A stretch of DNA of 64,000 nucleotides from Syntrophales bacterium (GCA_963666365.2 CAXXNF010000001.1:960001-1024000), one strand, 5' to 3'. Shown: positions 1 to 10,870, counted from the first letter of the stretch. A program made the numbers and translations. The notes: generated by a model not told the origin, from the letters alone.

Positions 1-1188
1 TTTTTTGATGCCCAGGTAGACGACTCCAGGCTTGTGCTCAGGCTGATACACGAGGCCGTGGCCGAAGGCGTCTGTGCCTTGAATTATATCGCAGTAAGAG
101 AAATACTGTGCAATGCGAGGGGAGAGGCCGTTGGTGTCGCAGTCCAGGAAATGGAAAGCGACCGGACGGAAAATCTTTTCGCCAATGCAGTGATAAACGC
201 CACTGGCGCCTGGGCCGAGACCCTTCACCCATCACCCGACACTACACGTCATCTTCGTCCCCTGCGGGGGAGCCATATCGTCTTTCCCGCATGGCGGCTT
301 CCGATCGCCCAGGCGGTAAGCGTCATCCATCCCGCCGACAACCGGCCGGTCTTCATTATTCCCTGGGAAGGCGCCGTCCTTGTAGGCACCACCGATCTCG
401 ATCACGGGCAGGATCTCATGGCCGAGCCTGCGGCAACGGACGAAGAAATCAACTATCTCATGGAAGGATTGCGGGAATATTTTCCCTCCATTCCCGTTGA
501 TCCCGGCGATGCGATCGCCACCTTCGCCGGCGTCAGACCGGTACTCAGCGAAGGGAAACTCGCCCCTTCGGAGGAGTCCCGCGACCATGTCGTCTGGGTC
601 GACAAAGGGCTGGTGACTGTAACCGGCGGCAAACTCACCACTTTCAGGCGGCTGGCCCTTGACGCTCTCAAGGCGGCGAAACCCTTTCTTCCGGATGGAA
701 TAACCCTTGACCGGAAGACTCCCATCTTTTCGCCGCCTCCGGAGATGCCGACGGAGGTTCCCGGTCTTACGCCGCAGTTGTGGCGAAGGCTGACGGGACG
801 CTACGGTGAAGGAGCGCGTACACTCGTTAAAGACGTGATGCCGGAAGACCTTCAGATGATCCCGGGTACAGCCACCACATGGGCCGAAATCCCCTTTGTC
901 GCCCGCCATGAGGGAATCAGACATCTCGACGACCTGCTTCTCAGGCGGCTGCGCCTGGGGTTGCTGCTTCCCGAAGGGGCGACGGAACAGCTGGAAAAAA
1001 TCAAAGCACTTTGCAAATCCGTACTGCCCTGGGATAAAAAACGCTGGAGAGATGAAGAAGACCGCTACCGTCACATCCTTTGGCAGGCATACCGGCCGCC
1101 GGGAAAACCGACGCTCCCACCGGCAGGCGGAATAAAGGTTTTGACGGAGAAACTGAGGATTTTCTGGAAAAGAATGCTGCCGGGATAA
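1..1188 (+). CDS. FAD-dependent glycerol-3-phosphate dehydrogenase/oxidase (GlpD family), 5'-truncated by the window edge
   Basis: Motifs INATGAWA, LRGSHIV, GTTD, FAGVRP, GGKLTTFR and the C-terminal RHLDDLLLRR. The frame is open to position 1. Confidence 0.85.
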   Translation, partial: FFDAQVDDSRLVLRLIHEAVAEGVCALNYIAVREILCNARGEAVGVAVQEMESDRTENLFANAVINATGAWAETLHPSPDTTRHLRPLRGSHIVFPAWRLPIAQAVSVIHPADNRPVFIIPWEGAVLVGTTDLDHGQDLMAEPAATDEEINYLMEGLREYFPSIPVDPGDAIATFAGVRPVLSEGKLAPSEESRDHVVWVDKGLVTVTGGKLTTFRRLALDALKAAKPFLPDGITLDRKTPIFSPPPEMPTEVPGLTPQLWRRLTGRYGEGARTLVKDVMPEDLQMIPGTATTWAEIPFVARHEGIRHLDDLLLRRLRLGLLLPEGATEQLEKIKALCKSVLPWDKKRWRDEEDRYRHILWQAYRPPGKPTLPPAGGIKVLTEKLRIFWKRMLPG

Positions 1189-1192
1189 TAAG

Positions 1193-1274
1193 TCTCGCGC
1201 AAGACGCAGGGGCGCAGAAGATTTTAGAGATAATACAAAGATTTCCTCAGCGAACTCGGCGACTCTGCGCGAGA
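1193..1274. repeat. Miniature palindromic intergenic repeat (tctcgcgca...tgcgcgaga with 8-bp cgcag sub-repeats)
   Basis: Terminal 9-bp inverted repeat at 1193-1201 and 1266-1274 around an AT-rich core. Related copies lie at about 59501-59669. Confidence 0.6.
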
Positions 1275-1320
1275 AAATAAATGCATTTTTAAATAAGAAA
1301 GGAATATCGAACAGTACGGC

Positions 1321-2883
1321 ATGAGTAATAAAGATCTGATCCTCGCCATCGATAACGGCACGCAGAGTGTCAAGGCCATTCTCTTCGACCCAAAGGGATC
1401 GCTGATCGCTATGGAGGCGGCAGCCTTAGATCCCCCTTATGTGTCGCCCCAGCCCGGCTGGGCCGAGCAGGACCCGGAGGTGTTCTGGCGATCCTTGTGC
1501 GAAGCATGCAGGAAGCTGTGGCAGAAAGAGAAAGTAAAAAAAGAACGCATCGCCGGCGTGGCCCTCACCACGCAGCGGGGCACCGTCATTCCGGTTGACC
1601 GCCGGGGCGCCCCGCTCTATCCCTTTATACACTGGCTCGACCAGCGCAAGACGGAGGGCCTTCGCCCCGTGGGAGGGCTCTGGGGGGCGCTCTTTACGCT
1701 GATCGGCATGAGAGAAACCATGGCCTATCTCCAGGCCGAGGCGGAGGCAAACTGGCTGCGCACTTACAAACCGGATATCTGGCGCGCCACGCACAAATAT
1801 CTGCTGCTTTCCGGCTATCTCACCTTCCGCCTTACCGGTGAGTTCGTCGATTCAATCGGCTGCCAGGTCGCCTATCTTCCCTTCGATTACAAGCATCTGC
1901 GGTGGGCCCGCTCCTGGGACTGGAAATGGCAGGTCCTCCCTATCAGTCCATCAATCCTACCCGATCTGGTTCCCCAGGGTCAACCACTCGGCGCCATTAC
2001 GAAAGGCGCCGCCGAGGCCACGGGCATCCCCGAGGGGCTTCCCCTCGTCGCCGCCGCCGCCGACAAGGCCTGCGAAGTGATCGGATGCGGCAGCCTGGCG
2101 CCTTCGGTAGGCTGCCTCAGCTACGGCACCACGGCCACCATCAATGTGACCCATAAAAAATATATCGAGGCCATCCCCTTTTTACCGGCCTATCCTTCGG
2201 CGATACCGGACTATCATACAATGGAGGTCCAGATCTATAGGGGATTCTGGATGGTCAGCTGGTTCAAAAAGGAATTCGGCTATCCCGAACAGATCGAGGC
2301 CGCCCGTGATAATCTTGACCCAGAGGCACTGTTCGACAAACTTGTGGATGACATCCCCCCCGGATCGATGGGCCTGATGCTGCAACCCTACTGGTCGCCC
2401 GGGCTGAAGCTCCCCGGACCGGAAGCGAAGGGCGCCGTAATCGGATTCGGCGACATACACACACGGGGACATCTCTATCGATCCATACTGGAAGGGCTGG
2501 GATACGCCCTGAGAGAAGGCAAGGAGCGCATCGAAAAACGGACCCACATTCCTATTGAAAGCCTGCGGGTCTCCGGCGGGGGTTCGAAAAGCAGGAATGC
2601 CATGCAGATAACCGCCGACATTTTCGGACTTCCCACAGCCAAAGCTCATATCTATGAAACATCAGGGCTGGGCGCGGCCATCGATGCCGCGGTAGGACTG
2701 GGATTTTATGCAACCTTCGAAGAGGCCATCGCCGCAATGACCCATGTGGGAGAAGTATTCGAACCGCAGATGAGGAATCACCAGCTTTATAATCAACTCT
2801 ATGACGATGTGTACAAAAAAATGTACCGGCGCCTAAAGCCCTTCTATCGAAGGATTCGAGAAATCACAGGATACCCGAAATGA
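1321..2883 (+). CDS. FGGY-family carbohydrate kinase
   Basis: N-terminal [42 protein letters not shown]. Confidence 0.9.
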   Translation: MSNKDLILAIDNGTQSVKAILFDPKGSLIAMEAAALDPPYVSPQPGWAEQDPEVFWRSLCEACRKLWQKEKVKKERIAGVALTTQRGTVIPVDRRGAPLYPFIHWLDQRKTEGLRPVGGLWGALFTLIGMRETMAYLQAEAEANWLRTYKPDIWRATHKYLLLSGYLTFRLTGEFVDSIGCQVAYLPFDYKHLRWARSWDWKWQVLPISPSILPDLVPQGQPLGAITKGAAEATGIPEGLPLVAAAADKACEVIGCGSLAPSVGCLSYGTTATINVTHKKYIEAIPFLPAYPSAIPDYHTMEVQIYRGFWMVSWFKKEFGYPEQIEAARDNLDPEALFDKLVDDIPPGSMGLMLQPYWSPGLKLPGPEAKGAVIGFGDIHTRGHLYRSILEGLGYALREGKERIEKRTHIPIESLRVSGGGSKSRNAMQITADIFGLPTAKAHIYETSGLGAAIDAAVGLGFYATFEEAIAAMTHVGEVFEPQMRNHQLYNQLYDDVYKKMYRRLKPFYRRIREITGYPK

Positions 2884-2921
2884 GCCGCCGGCGCCGCATC
2901 CTGAAACCGACGCCGTCGTCA

Positions 2922-2950
2922 TTGACATTCGCTGCAAATAACGATAGTCT
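2922..2950 (+). promoter_or_regulatory. Putative sigma-70 promoter of the CNNM-CNNM-glmU(N) operon
   Basis: TTGACA-17 nt-TAGTCT. Confidence 0.5.
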
Positions 2951-2995
2951 TTGTTTTTGTCATATGAATGTCTGCATCTCAAACAACCGCGAGGT

Positions 2996-4279
2996 ATGGC
3001 AACGCACGTGGACTATGCCGTGACAGTAAAAATTGGTCTTCTTCTGGTCCTTCTCATCTTTTCGGGATTTCTTTCAGGCTCCGAATCATCGCTTTTTTCA
3101 CTGACTCCGCTTCATATCCACAAGATGAAAGAAGATCATATGCCCTTCGTCGGTTTTGTTGAGAGACTCCTTGCCCGTCCCCGGCGACTGCTGGCCACTA
3201 TAGTCGTGGCAAATGAATCGATCAATATTGCTATTGCCGCGCTTACTACGTCACTCTTTCTCTATTTGCTCGGCCCCAATGGAAAATGGGCGGCCATCGC
3301 CGTAACCACTGTTGTGCTCATGGTTCTGGGGGAGGCGCTTCCTAAAACATTTGCCGTTACGTACCCCCGAAGATTTGCCGTCACTGCCGTGCTCCCCATG
3401 ACTGTAATTTCCAAAGTGGTCTACCCCGCTGCATGGCTTTTGGAAAAAATCTCAGACCTCTTCGTGAGACTCGCGAGAGGAAAAGATCCCCCGGTGCAGC
3501 GAACCGTCATGGAAGACGATTTCAAAACCCTTGTTGATGCAGGGCACAGGGAGGGCGCCCTCGAAGAAACCCAAAAAGAGCTGATTCACAGTGTCTTCGA
3601 TCTGGCCGACACGAAAGTGGCCGACATTATGACACCGCGGGTCGACATGTTCTCTCTTTCCCTTTCCATGCGCCCGAGTGAAATCGCGCAGGAGGTCATT
3701 ACGCACAGATTCTCGCGAATCCCCATTTACGGCGCCGACAAAGAGGATATTCTGGGCATTATCAGTGCCAAAGACCTTCTGATGGACATAGAAGAAGGAA
3801 AGGAAGCGGCTATCAGACCGCTCCTGAAAAAACCTTACTTCGTGCCGGAGGAGCGGCAGGCCCATAGCGTACTTTCCGACTTCAAGGTTCGAAATATTCA
3901 GATGGCTATTGTCGTCGACGAGTATGGTGGAGTATCGGGACTTGTCACGCTTACGGACATTCTCATCTGCCTTTTTGGAAACATCTACCGGGAACGGGAT
4001 CTTCAGGAACCTATGATTCATCAAATAGATGATCACAGCTATGCAGTGTCGGGCATGCTGGAAATCGAAGATTTCAATGAGCGCCTGAAGGCCTCCATTC
4101 CGACAGATGATTTTGACACCATCGGCGGCTTTGTCCTGCATCTTTTCGGGCAGCTTCCCGCTCCCGGAGAATCGGTATCCTACGGCGAGTATATGTTTAC
4201 AGCGGACAAAATAAGTAAAACCCGCATATCGGCGCTCAGGGTCGTCACATCTGCAATAGAAGGAGCTCAGGATGATTGA
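2996..4279 (+). CDS. HlyC/CorC (CNNM/DUF21-CBS-CorC) family membrane protein, paralog 1 (start may be GTG at 3008)
   Basis: DUF21 TM region (SGFLSGSE, GEALPK), CBS pair (IMTPRVD, FSRIPIY, VVDEYGG), CorC_HlyC tail (DTIGGFV). Confidence 0.9.
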   Translation: MATHVDYAVTVKIGLLLVLLIFSGFLSGSESSLFSLTPLHIHKMKEDHMPFVGFVERLLARPRRLLATIVVANESINIAIAALTTSLFLYLLGPNGKWAAIAVTTVVLMVLGEALPKTFAVTYPRRFAVTAVLPMTVISKVVYPAAWLLEKISDLFVRLARGKDPPVQRTVMEDDFKTLVDAGHREGALEETQKELIHSVFDLADTKVADIMTPRVDMFSLSLSMRPSEIAQEVITHRFSRIPIYGADKEDILGIISAKDLLMDIEEGKEAAIRPLLKKPYFVPEERQAHSVLSDFKVRNIQMAIVVDEYGGVSGLVTLTDILICLFGNIYRERDLQEPMIHQIDDHSYAVSGMLEIEDFNERLKASIPTDDFDTIGGFVLHLFGQLPAPGESVSYGEYMFTADKISKTRISALRVVTSAIEGAQDD

Positions 4280-5573
4280 CCTGGGATTAATCATTCCGGT
4301 CCTTCTTTTTGTCGCCATGGAGGGACTGTTTTCAGGTGGTGAACTGGCTCTGGTCGCCTCGGACAGGCACAAAATCAGACTCAAGGCGGAGAAGGGATCG
4401 CGATCCGCACGCATTGCCATGAAACTTCTTGACAGGCCTGAATGGTTCCTTTCAACAACGCTTACTGGAACAAATCTCTGTCAGATAGTCAACACCTCCC
4501 TTGCCACCGCCTTTTTTATTTCCCTCTTCGGCCTTGAGCGGGGCGAACTGGTGTCGATCGTTGTTATGATTCCGCTCGTCCTTGTCATGGGGGAGGTGGT
4601 ACCAAAGGGAATCGCCCAGCACCATGCCGATTTTTTTGCACTGAGGATCGCCTGGTTCATCTGGATGGCTTCCTGGGTGTTCTATCCGGCCGTGTGGATT
4701 CTATCAAAGATATCAAAGGGCATAGTATACGTATTGTCAAAACGGGCGGGGATTATCTACTCCCCCTACATTACCAAGTCCGGGTTGGAATCCCTGTTGA
4801 GAAACGAAGAGGAAACGGGTGATATTACACGCTCGGAGAAGGAAATGATTCAAAAAGTTCTGGACTTTTCCGACTTCACAGTAGACAGCATCATGGTTCC
4901 CCTCTCCAATGTAACACTGGTCCCGGTTACGGTTACCCTGGGCGAAGCATGCCGCATCATCAGAAAGAAAAAATATTCGAAGATTCCCGTTTACCGGGAA
5001 GATATATTTAACATAATAGGCATTATTGATATTTTCGACCTGATGAGGGACCTTGCAGCCAAAGGATCGGACGCTCCTCTGGTAACCGAAAAAGGTGAAA
5101 GTTCCATAAAAGAACAGATTCTTTATGTTCCCGAGACCCAGCGCGCCAGCGATCTCTTTTTAGATCTGCAGCAGGCTGGCGAACATATGGCAATTATCGT
5201 CGATGAGTATGGCGGCGCCATAGGTATTGTCACTATGGAGGATATTCTTGAGGAAATAGTGGGCGAGATAGATGACGAATACAAGACCGGCTATGAGTAC
5301 AAAAAAGTGGGACGCGGTCAGTATCTGCTCAAAGGACAGATGAAAATCGAGCACATAAGAAAACTTCTCCCCGTCACTATTCCCCAAGGGGACTACGAGA
5401 CGCTGGCGGGCTTTCTGCTCAATGCCATGGGGAAAATACCCAAACCCAGGGAATCATTCAAAGTCGGGGACAGTCTCTTTGTTATTGACGATGCGGACGC
5501 ACGCTCAGTCAAACAGGTGCTGGTGGTGATACCGCCGGAATTGGAGAGATCCGTTCAGAAGGAGTCGCAATGA
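4272..5573 (+). CDS. HlyC/CorC (CNNM) family membrane protein, paralog 2
   Basis: [53 protein letters not shown]. Overlaps paralog 1 by 8 nt. Confidence 0.9.
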   Translation: MIDLGLIIPVLLFVAMEGLFSGGELALVASDRHKIRLKAEKGSRSARIAMKLLDRPEWFLSTTLTGTNLCQIVNTSLATAFFISLFGLERGELVSIVVMIPLVLVMGEVVPKGIAQHHADFFALRIAWFIWMASWVFYPAVWILSKISKGIVYVLSKRAGIIYSPYITKSGLESLLRNEEETGDITRSEKEMIQKVLDFSDFTVDSIMVPLSNVTLVPVTVTLGEACRIIRKKKYSKIPVYREDIFNIIGIIDIFDLMRDLAAKGSDAPLVTEKGESSIKEQILYVPETQRASDLFLDLQQAGEHMAIIVDEYGGAIGIVTMEDILEEIVGEIDDEYKTGYEYKKVGRGQYLLKGQMKIEHIRKLLPVTIPQGDYETLAGFLLNAMGKIPKPRESFKVGDSLFVIDDADARSVKQVLVVIPPELERSVQKESQ

Positions 5574-6355
5574 AAGAAACAGGGCAGACACAACGAAGGG
5601 ATATCGCAACGGTTATTCTTGCCGCAGGCAAGGGCACACGTATGAAATCGGATCTGGCAAAGGTGCTGCACCCGGTCTGCGGGAGACCCATGCTCTGGTA
5701 TCCCGTCTCCATCGCCCACAAGATCGGATCCGATAAGATTGTCGTCGTGATCGGTCATCAGGCCGACGAGATAAAGAATGCAATGAACGACGACGCCCTC
5801 CTGTACGTCTACCAGAAAGAACAGTTGGGAACAGCCCATGCGGTGATGCAGACGGAACCGGTTCTCAAGGATTTTGACGGCGCCATCATCATCCTGTGCG
5901 GAGATGTGCCTCTTCTGCAGCTCTCCACCCTGCAGAGGCTCCTCGAATTCCATCGTGAAAGCGCCTCCGATGTTACCGTGCTTACCACCATGCCGGAGGA
6001 TCCTTACGGCTATGGACGGATAATCAAGGATAAAGAAGATCGAGTCATCAAAATAATAGAACACCGGGATGCATCGGACAAGGAAAAAGAGATCTCTGAG
6101 ATCAATACGGGCATCTATTGCGTCGAAAGCGCCTTTCTCTATCACGCCCTCGCATACATTGAGACAAATAACTCCCAGGGAGAATTTTATCTGACCGATA
6201 TTTTCGATATCGCCCGCAGGGAAAACCGCAAGGCCCGATCATTTCTTCTGCAGGATCCTCACGAGGCGATGGGCATCAACACAGTGGAACAGCGCGACGA
6301 GGCAGAAAGAATCATGAAAGCGCGCAAGTCTGCCCCGGGAGAGATAATTTCATAA
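5570..6355 (+). CDS. GlmU-like N-acetylglucosamine-1-phosphate uridyltransferase (N-terminal domain only)
   Basis: LAAGKGTRMKS, EQLGTAHAV, GDVPL, YGYGRI, EINTGIY, QGEFYLTD, GIN. Ends at 261 aa with no hexapeptide acetyltransferase domain. Confidence 0.85.
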   Translation: MKETGQTQRRDIATVILAAGKGTRMKSDLAKVLHPVCGRPMLWYPVSIAHKIGSDKIVVVIGHQADEIKNAMNDDALLYVYQKEQLGTAHAVMQTEPVLKDFDGAIIILCGDVPLLQLSTLQRLLEFHRESASDVTVLTTMPEDPYGYGRIIKDKEDRVIKIIEHRDASDKEKEISEINTGIYCVESAFLYHALAYIETNNSQGEFYLTDIFDIARRENRKARSFLLQDPHEAMGINTVEQRDEAERIMKARKSAPGEIIS

Positions 6356-6524
6356 TACGCAACAGCGCGGCAGCTTTGGATATGCGCAGGCCTCTATTAT
6401 CAGCAGGTTATCGCCTTTGTTTTTTTGAGGCTGCCGGGCCGCGGAGGGACATTTAGGTTGACTTGCAGTCATAAAGTTGTTATTCAGAGATGTTTAATAA
6501 AGAAGGTAGATTAGGAGGATTTCC

Positions 6525-8927
6525 ATGGAAGACGATAAGCTGATCCTTTGGTTCGATGAACTGGAACTTGACGACATCCCCCAGGTCGGCGGTAAGAATG
6601 CGTCCCTCGGTGAAATGAGACGCGAACTTATCCCCAAGGGGGTCAGCATACCCGACGGTTTCGCCGTCACTGCCTACGCATACCGATATCTTCTGGAATC
6701 AGCGGGTATAAAATCGAAGATCGAAACGATTCTTTCCGATCTGGACACACATGACTTTCACACACTTGCAGAAAAAGGGGCTCAGATTCGGTCGCTTATC
6801 TACCAAGCACCCCTCCCCGTCGATCTTGCCGATGCAATCACCGAGGCATATGGAAAACTCTGCGAGGAGTACGGCGAAAACACCGACGTAGCCGTGAGAA
6901 GTTCCGCAACAGCGGAAGACCTTCCCGATGCAAGCTTTGCCGGACAGCAGGAGACCTTTCTCAATATCAGAGGGGTCGATATGCTCATCGAGGCCTGCAA
7001 GAAGTGTTTTGCCTCCCTCTTTACCAACAGGGCCATCTCCTACCGCGTGGACAAGAACTTTGACCATTTGTCAGTAGCACTCTCCATCGGCGTGCAGAAA
7101 ATGGTCCGTTCCGACCTGGCGGCATCGGGTGTTATCTTTTCAATCGACACGGAATCGGGATTCAAGGATGCCATTCTCATCACCGGCGCCTACGGTCTCG
7201 GAGAAACGGTGGTGCAGGGAAACGTCAATCCCGATGAGTTTTATGTCTTTAAACCCACCCTCAAGAACGAATTCAGGCCGATTGTTCAGAAAAAACTGGG
7301 AACGAAAGAAATCAAGATGATTTATGCCGAGGGAGGAGAAGAATCGACGGAGATCGTCTCGGTCCCCCCGGAGGATCGGCAGGTGTTCTGTATCACCGAG
7401 GACGAGATACTGCAGCTTGCCCGGTGGACCACGATTATCGAGGATCATTACTCCCGGAAGGCCGGCTATTTCAAGCCTATGGATATCGAGTGGGGCAAAG
7501 ACGGCAACACGGGACAACTCTTTATTCTTCAGGCCAGGCCCGAAACCGTCCAATCCCAGAGAGACAAAAATGTTCTGGAAACGTATGAGTTGCTGGAGAC
7601 AAAAACACCCCTTGTCACGGGAACGGCGGTGGGGTCGAAAATCGGCGCCGGGCCGGTAAATATTATACATAGCGTCAGTGAAATCAAGGATTTTAAGGCG
7701 GGACAGGTACTCGTCACCGATATGACGGATCCCGACTGGGAACCGATCATGAAAATCGCCGCCGCCATCATCACCAACAAGGGCGGCAGGACCTGCCATG
7801 CCGCCATCGTCAGTCGTGAACTGGGAGTGCCCTGCATTGTGGGAACCGCAGACGGCACGGAGAAACTTGAGGGAATACAGGAAGTCACCGCCTCATGCGC
7901 CGAAGGCGAAGAAGGGAGGGTGTATGAGGGTATCCTGAAATTTAATGTGGACAAAATAAGCCTGGACGACCTGACCCGACCGAAGACTCAGATCATGATG
8001 AACGTGGGAAATCCCGACATGGCCTTCAATTACGCATCCATCCCCAACGACGGAGTCGGCCTTGCCCGTTTGGAATTTATTATCAGCAACATTCAGATAC
8101 ACCCCATGGCCCTTATCGATTTCGACAAGGTGACCGATGAAGCCGTGCGGACTGAAATCGAACGACTTACCAGGGGCTATGAGACGAAGAGCGATTTCTT
8201 TGTCGACAAACTCGCCCAGGGCGTGGCCAAGATCGGCGCCGCCTTTTACCCCAACGACGTCATCGTCAGGATGAGCGATTTCAAGAGCAACGAATATGCA
8301 AATCTGCTGGGCGGTTCCTATTTCGAAGCCGACGAAGAAAACCCCATGATCGGATTCCGCGGCGCCTCCCGCTATTATGACGAACGCTATCGGGACGGTT
8401 TCGCTCTGGAATGCAAAGCCATGAAAAAAGTGCGCGATGAGATGGGGCTTTCCAACATAAAGTTGATGATTCCCTTCTGCCGCACCGTGGAGGAAGGGAA
8501 GCGGGTCGTCGAGGTAATGAATAAAAACGGCCTGGTGCAGGGTGAAAACGGTCTCGAATTTTACATGATGGTCGAAATTCCCAGCAACGTCATTCTTATT
8601 GAGGAGTTTGGAAAGATCTTTGACGGATTCTCCATTGGATCGAACGATTTGACGCAGCTGACTCTGGGGCTTGACAGAGATTCCTTCCTCATCTCCCACA
8701 TATTCGACGAGCGAAACGCCGCCGTTATGGAGCTGATCAAGATCGCCATTGCCAAGGCGCGGACCATGGGAAAGAAGATCGGGATCTGCGGTCAGGCGCC
8801 CAGCGATTATCCTGAGTTTGCCCGATTCCTGGTCGACTGCGGCATTAACAGTATGTCCCTTAATGCCGACACGGTCATCAAGACCACCCTGGACATTCTG
8901 GAAACGGAAAAGAACATGAAAAAATAA
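6525..8927 (+). CDS. ppsA: Phosphoenolpyruvate synthase (pyruvate, water dikinase)
   Basis: VGGKNASLGEM, RSSATAEDLPDASFAGQQET, phospho-His GGRTCHAAI, SIGSNDLTQ. Strong SD (aggagg). Confidence 0.97.
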   Translation: MEDDKLILWFDELELDDIPQVGGKNASLGEMRRELIPKGVSIPDGFAVTAYAYRYLLESAGIKSKIETILSDLDTHDFHTLAEKGAQIRSLIYQAPLPVDLADAITEAYGKLCEEYGENTDVAVRSSATAEDLPDASFAGQQETFLNIRGVDMLIEACKKCFASLFTNRAISYRVDKNFDHLSVALSIGVQKMVRSDLAASGVIFSIDTESGFKDAILITGAYGLGETVVQGNVNPDEFYVFKPTLKNEFRPIVQKKLGTKEIKMIYAEGGEESTEIVSVPPEDRQVFCITEDEILQLARWTTIIEDHYSRKAGYFKPMDIEWGKDGNTGQLFILQARPETVQSQRDKNVLETYELLETKTPLVTGTAVGSKIGAGPVNIIHSVSEIKDFKAGQVLVTDMTDPDWEPIMKIAAAIITNKGGRTCHAAIVSRELGVPCIVGTADGTEKLEGIQEVTASCAEGEEGRVYEGILKFNVDKISLDDLTRPKTQIMMNVGNPDMAFNYASIPNDGVGLARLEFIISNIQIHPMALIDFDKVTDEAVRTEIERLTRGYETKSDFFVDKLAQGVAKIGAAFYPNDVIVRMSDFKSNEYANLLGGSYFEADEENPMIGFRGASRYYDERYRDGFALECKAMKKVRDEMGLSNIKLMIPFCRTVEEGKRVVEVMNKNGLVQGENGLEFYMMVEIPSNVILIEEFGKIFDGFSIGSNDLTQLTLGLDRDSFLISHIFDERNAAVMELIKIAIAKARTMGKKIGICGQAPSDYPEFARFLVDCGINSMSLNADTVIKTTLDILETEKNMKK

Positions 8928-8958
8928 GACGATTGAAGACTGAAGGTTTAAAAAACTT

Positions 8959-8983
8959 AAAGGGGGCCCCAGAGGCCCCCTTT
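8959..8983. terminator. Probable bidirectional intrinsic terminator between convergent ppsA and the DUF6178-like gene
   Basis: aaagggggcc-loop-ggcccccttt hairpin with A/T flanks. Confidence 0.75.
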
Positions 8984-8984
8984 C

Positions 8985-10694
8985 TTAGTCTGCGATCATT
9001 ATCAGCCTTGAATACCGGGGAACAAGATCGGCTGAAGCGACGTGTTCGTACTCCGCGGCAAAGTCATGCCACAGACGTAAAAGCGACTCCTCAAGCAGCG
9101 CTCTGCCGGCAGGGTCAAAATCGGTTGCATAGGACATAAACTCATTTACGAAGAATGGCCCTTCGCCACTCATCCTATAGGGGGGCTCCGTTTCGCCCTT
9201 TCTCAGCAACTCAAGAAAGTCGACTGCCTCATTCCTGCTAACGGGAGCATAACCGGGATTGATTCCCAACCGCTTCCTCACCCTCCAGGTCACCAGCAGC
9301 GGCTCAAATATCAGATCCTTGGCCTCGCCAAGATCTCGGCCCAGCGGCGCCGCGTGATCGAGCCTCTCAAAAAGACGATCCAAAGCACGCAGAGTCAGGA
9401 GGCGTGAGCGGCATTTCTTCCAATCCGCAAGCCCCTCGAAATCCCGACAGGGTTCCTTGGCGTTGTCGCCGTCATAGAACCGGGGCCGTCGAGCCCTCAG
9501 CCCCTCCAGGGTCTTACCCAGCAAATCCCCCCAGAAGGAAGAAGCAAGCCCCGCTGCATGAAACCAGCTTTCTCCGATAAATCGATCCGCATCCCACTTC
9601 AAATGCATGGCAAGACCGAAGCCCGCACGAAACAGGGACAGCAGGGGATTCGATCCGACCAGCGTTTCAGCCGTCATCAGATCGCCGCCGCTTCTCTCTT
9701 CCAGCGCCATACTGATGTAGCCCCCTGTTTTGCGGCAGGTCCGTTCCAGCACTTCGGGATCATGGCTTGTAAGTCCGTCGGCCACATGAATCTGGTTGCA
9801 AAGACCGGCAAACTCACGACGCAGTCGGTCTATAAGCCGCGTATCGGAGATCCGGCCCGCCACCTTATGCAACATGGTTCCTTCGCCTGCGTATAAGAGC
9901 GGCAGAAAGGGCGCGGCGACCCTGTGATTGTCGGCATCGACGATATCGAAGCGATAGGGACCGCCCCCCGATTCCAGTGATGCAGGATCAAGAGGCGCAT
10001 AGACCTCCAGTGCCTCGTCAAAGGACAGATACCCGTCCTCGGCCATTCTTACATTCCGGAGCCGGTACATTTCCTCCTCCGTCTCGGCGGGCGCCACTCC
10101 GCCAAGGCTGAGAAGAAGCCAGGAATAGCGTTCATAATCGAGATCCACCATTACCTGCAGCATGTCTCTGATGGCAGGCATGTAATCTTCATCAACGACC
10201 TTGACGTAATGGACCCCATCAAGGGTGAAAAAACCTTCGGGCATTTCCAGGGTATCGTCCTGATCGGGATCGACAACGAGCACCTCAAGGGTACGGTAAA
10301 AATAGGCATAGGCCAGATACTGACCTTCAGCTAAAAGCCACCTCACAAGCCTCCGCGGATCGGCGTCAAAAAGCCTCTTCAACCATTCAGCAGTGCGGTC
10401 TACACGAAAACAATCCCTCTCCCACACCTCAAGATCAAGAAGGTGCTGCCACTGCGCAAGGGACCCCAGTGTCAGGAGGGGAAGGCTGTCGTCTTCTCCT
10501 ATCCTCTTGACGAGCCACGTAAAATCCTGATTTGAAAGCTTTCGTATCACTCCCTGGGGATACCGCCCTTCAAGGAGGCGTTTCATAATCTCGCTTCCCG
10601 AAAGGCGGCCAAGCTCCTCAGGCAGCAGCGAATCGACATTCCCCATTGACTGTGGACGCTCATCCTCGCTGTGTTGGTGTTTCCTATCCCCCAT
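8985..10694 (-). CDS. Conserved hypothetical protein, DUF6178-like
   Basis: 569 aa ORF with SD (aaggacgagg). The motifs QWQHLLDLEVW and EEEMYRLRNVRMAEDGY..FDEALEVY are ones I recall from deltaproteobacterial DUF6178 proteins. Confidence 0.7.
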   Translation of the reverse strand: MGDRKHQHSEDERPQSMGNVDSLLPEELGRLSGSEIMKRLLEGRYPQGVIRKLSNQDFTWLVKRIGEDDSLPLLTLGSLAQWQHLLDLEVWERDCFRVDRTAEWLKRLFDADPRRLVRWLLAEGQYLAYAYFYRTLEVLVVDPDQDDTLEMPEGFFTLDGVHYVKVVDEDYMPAIRDMLQVMVDLDYERYSWLLLSLGGVAPAETEEEMYRLRNVRMAEDGYLSFDEALEVYAPLDPASLESGGGPYRFDIVDADNHRVAAPFLPLLYAGEGTMLHKVAGRISDTRLIDRLRREFAGLCNQIHVADGLTSHDPEVLERTCRKTGGYISMALEERSGGDLMTAETLVGSNPLLSLFRAGFGLAMHLKWDADRFIGESWFHAAGLASSFWGDLLGKTLEGLRARRPRFYDGDNAKEPCRDFEGLADWKKCRSRLLTLRALDRLFERLDHAAPLGRDLGEAKDLIFEPLLVTWRVRKRLGINPGYAPVSRNEAVDFLELLRKGETEPPYRMSGEGPFFVNEFMSYATDFDPAGRALLEESLLRLWHDFAAEYEHVASADLVPRYSRLIMIAD

Positions 10695-10836
10695 TGCACC
10701 TCGTCCTTTCCTTCACCGATCCATGCCCTGAAACCGCGCGACTGTTATATAGAGTCCACATTGCACGCGGGCACCACACAACCTCGTTGAAACCGCCTTT
10801 TTGGTAATAATCCTTTGCGCATCCGCGAGACCAATG

Positions 10837-10870
10837 AAAACTCCCGAATGAAAAAGTTCCATTCGGGAGT
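10837..10870 (-). terminator. Intrinsic terminator after groEL
   Basis: 11-bp stem actcccgaatg/cattcgggagt followed by TTTT on the minus strand. Confidence 0.65.
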
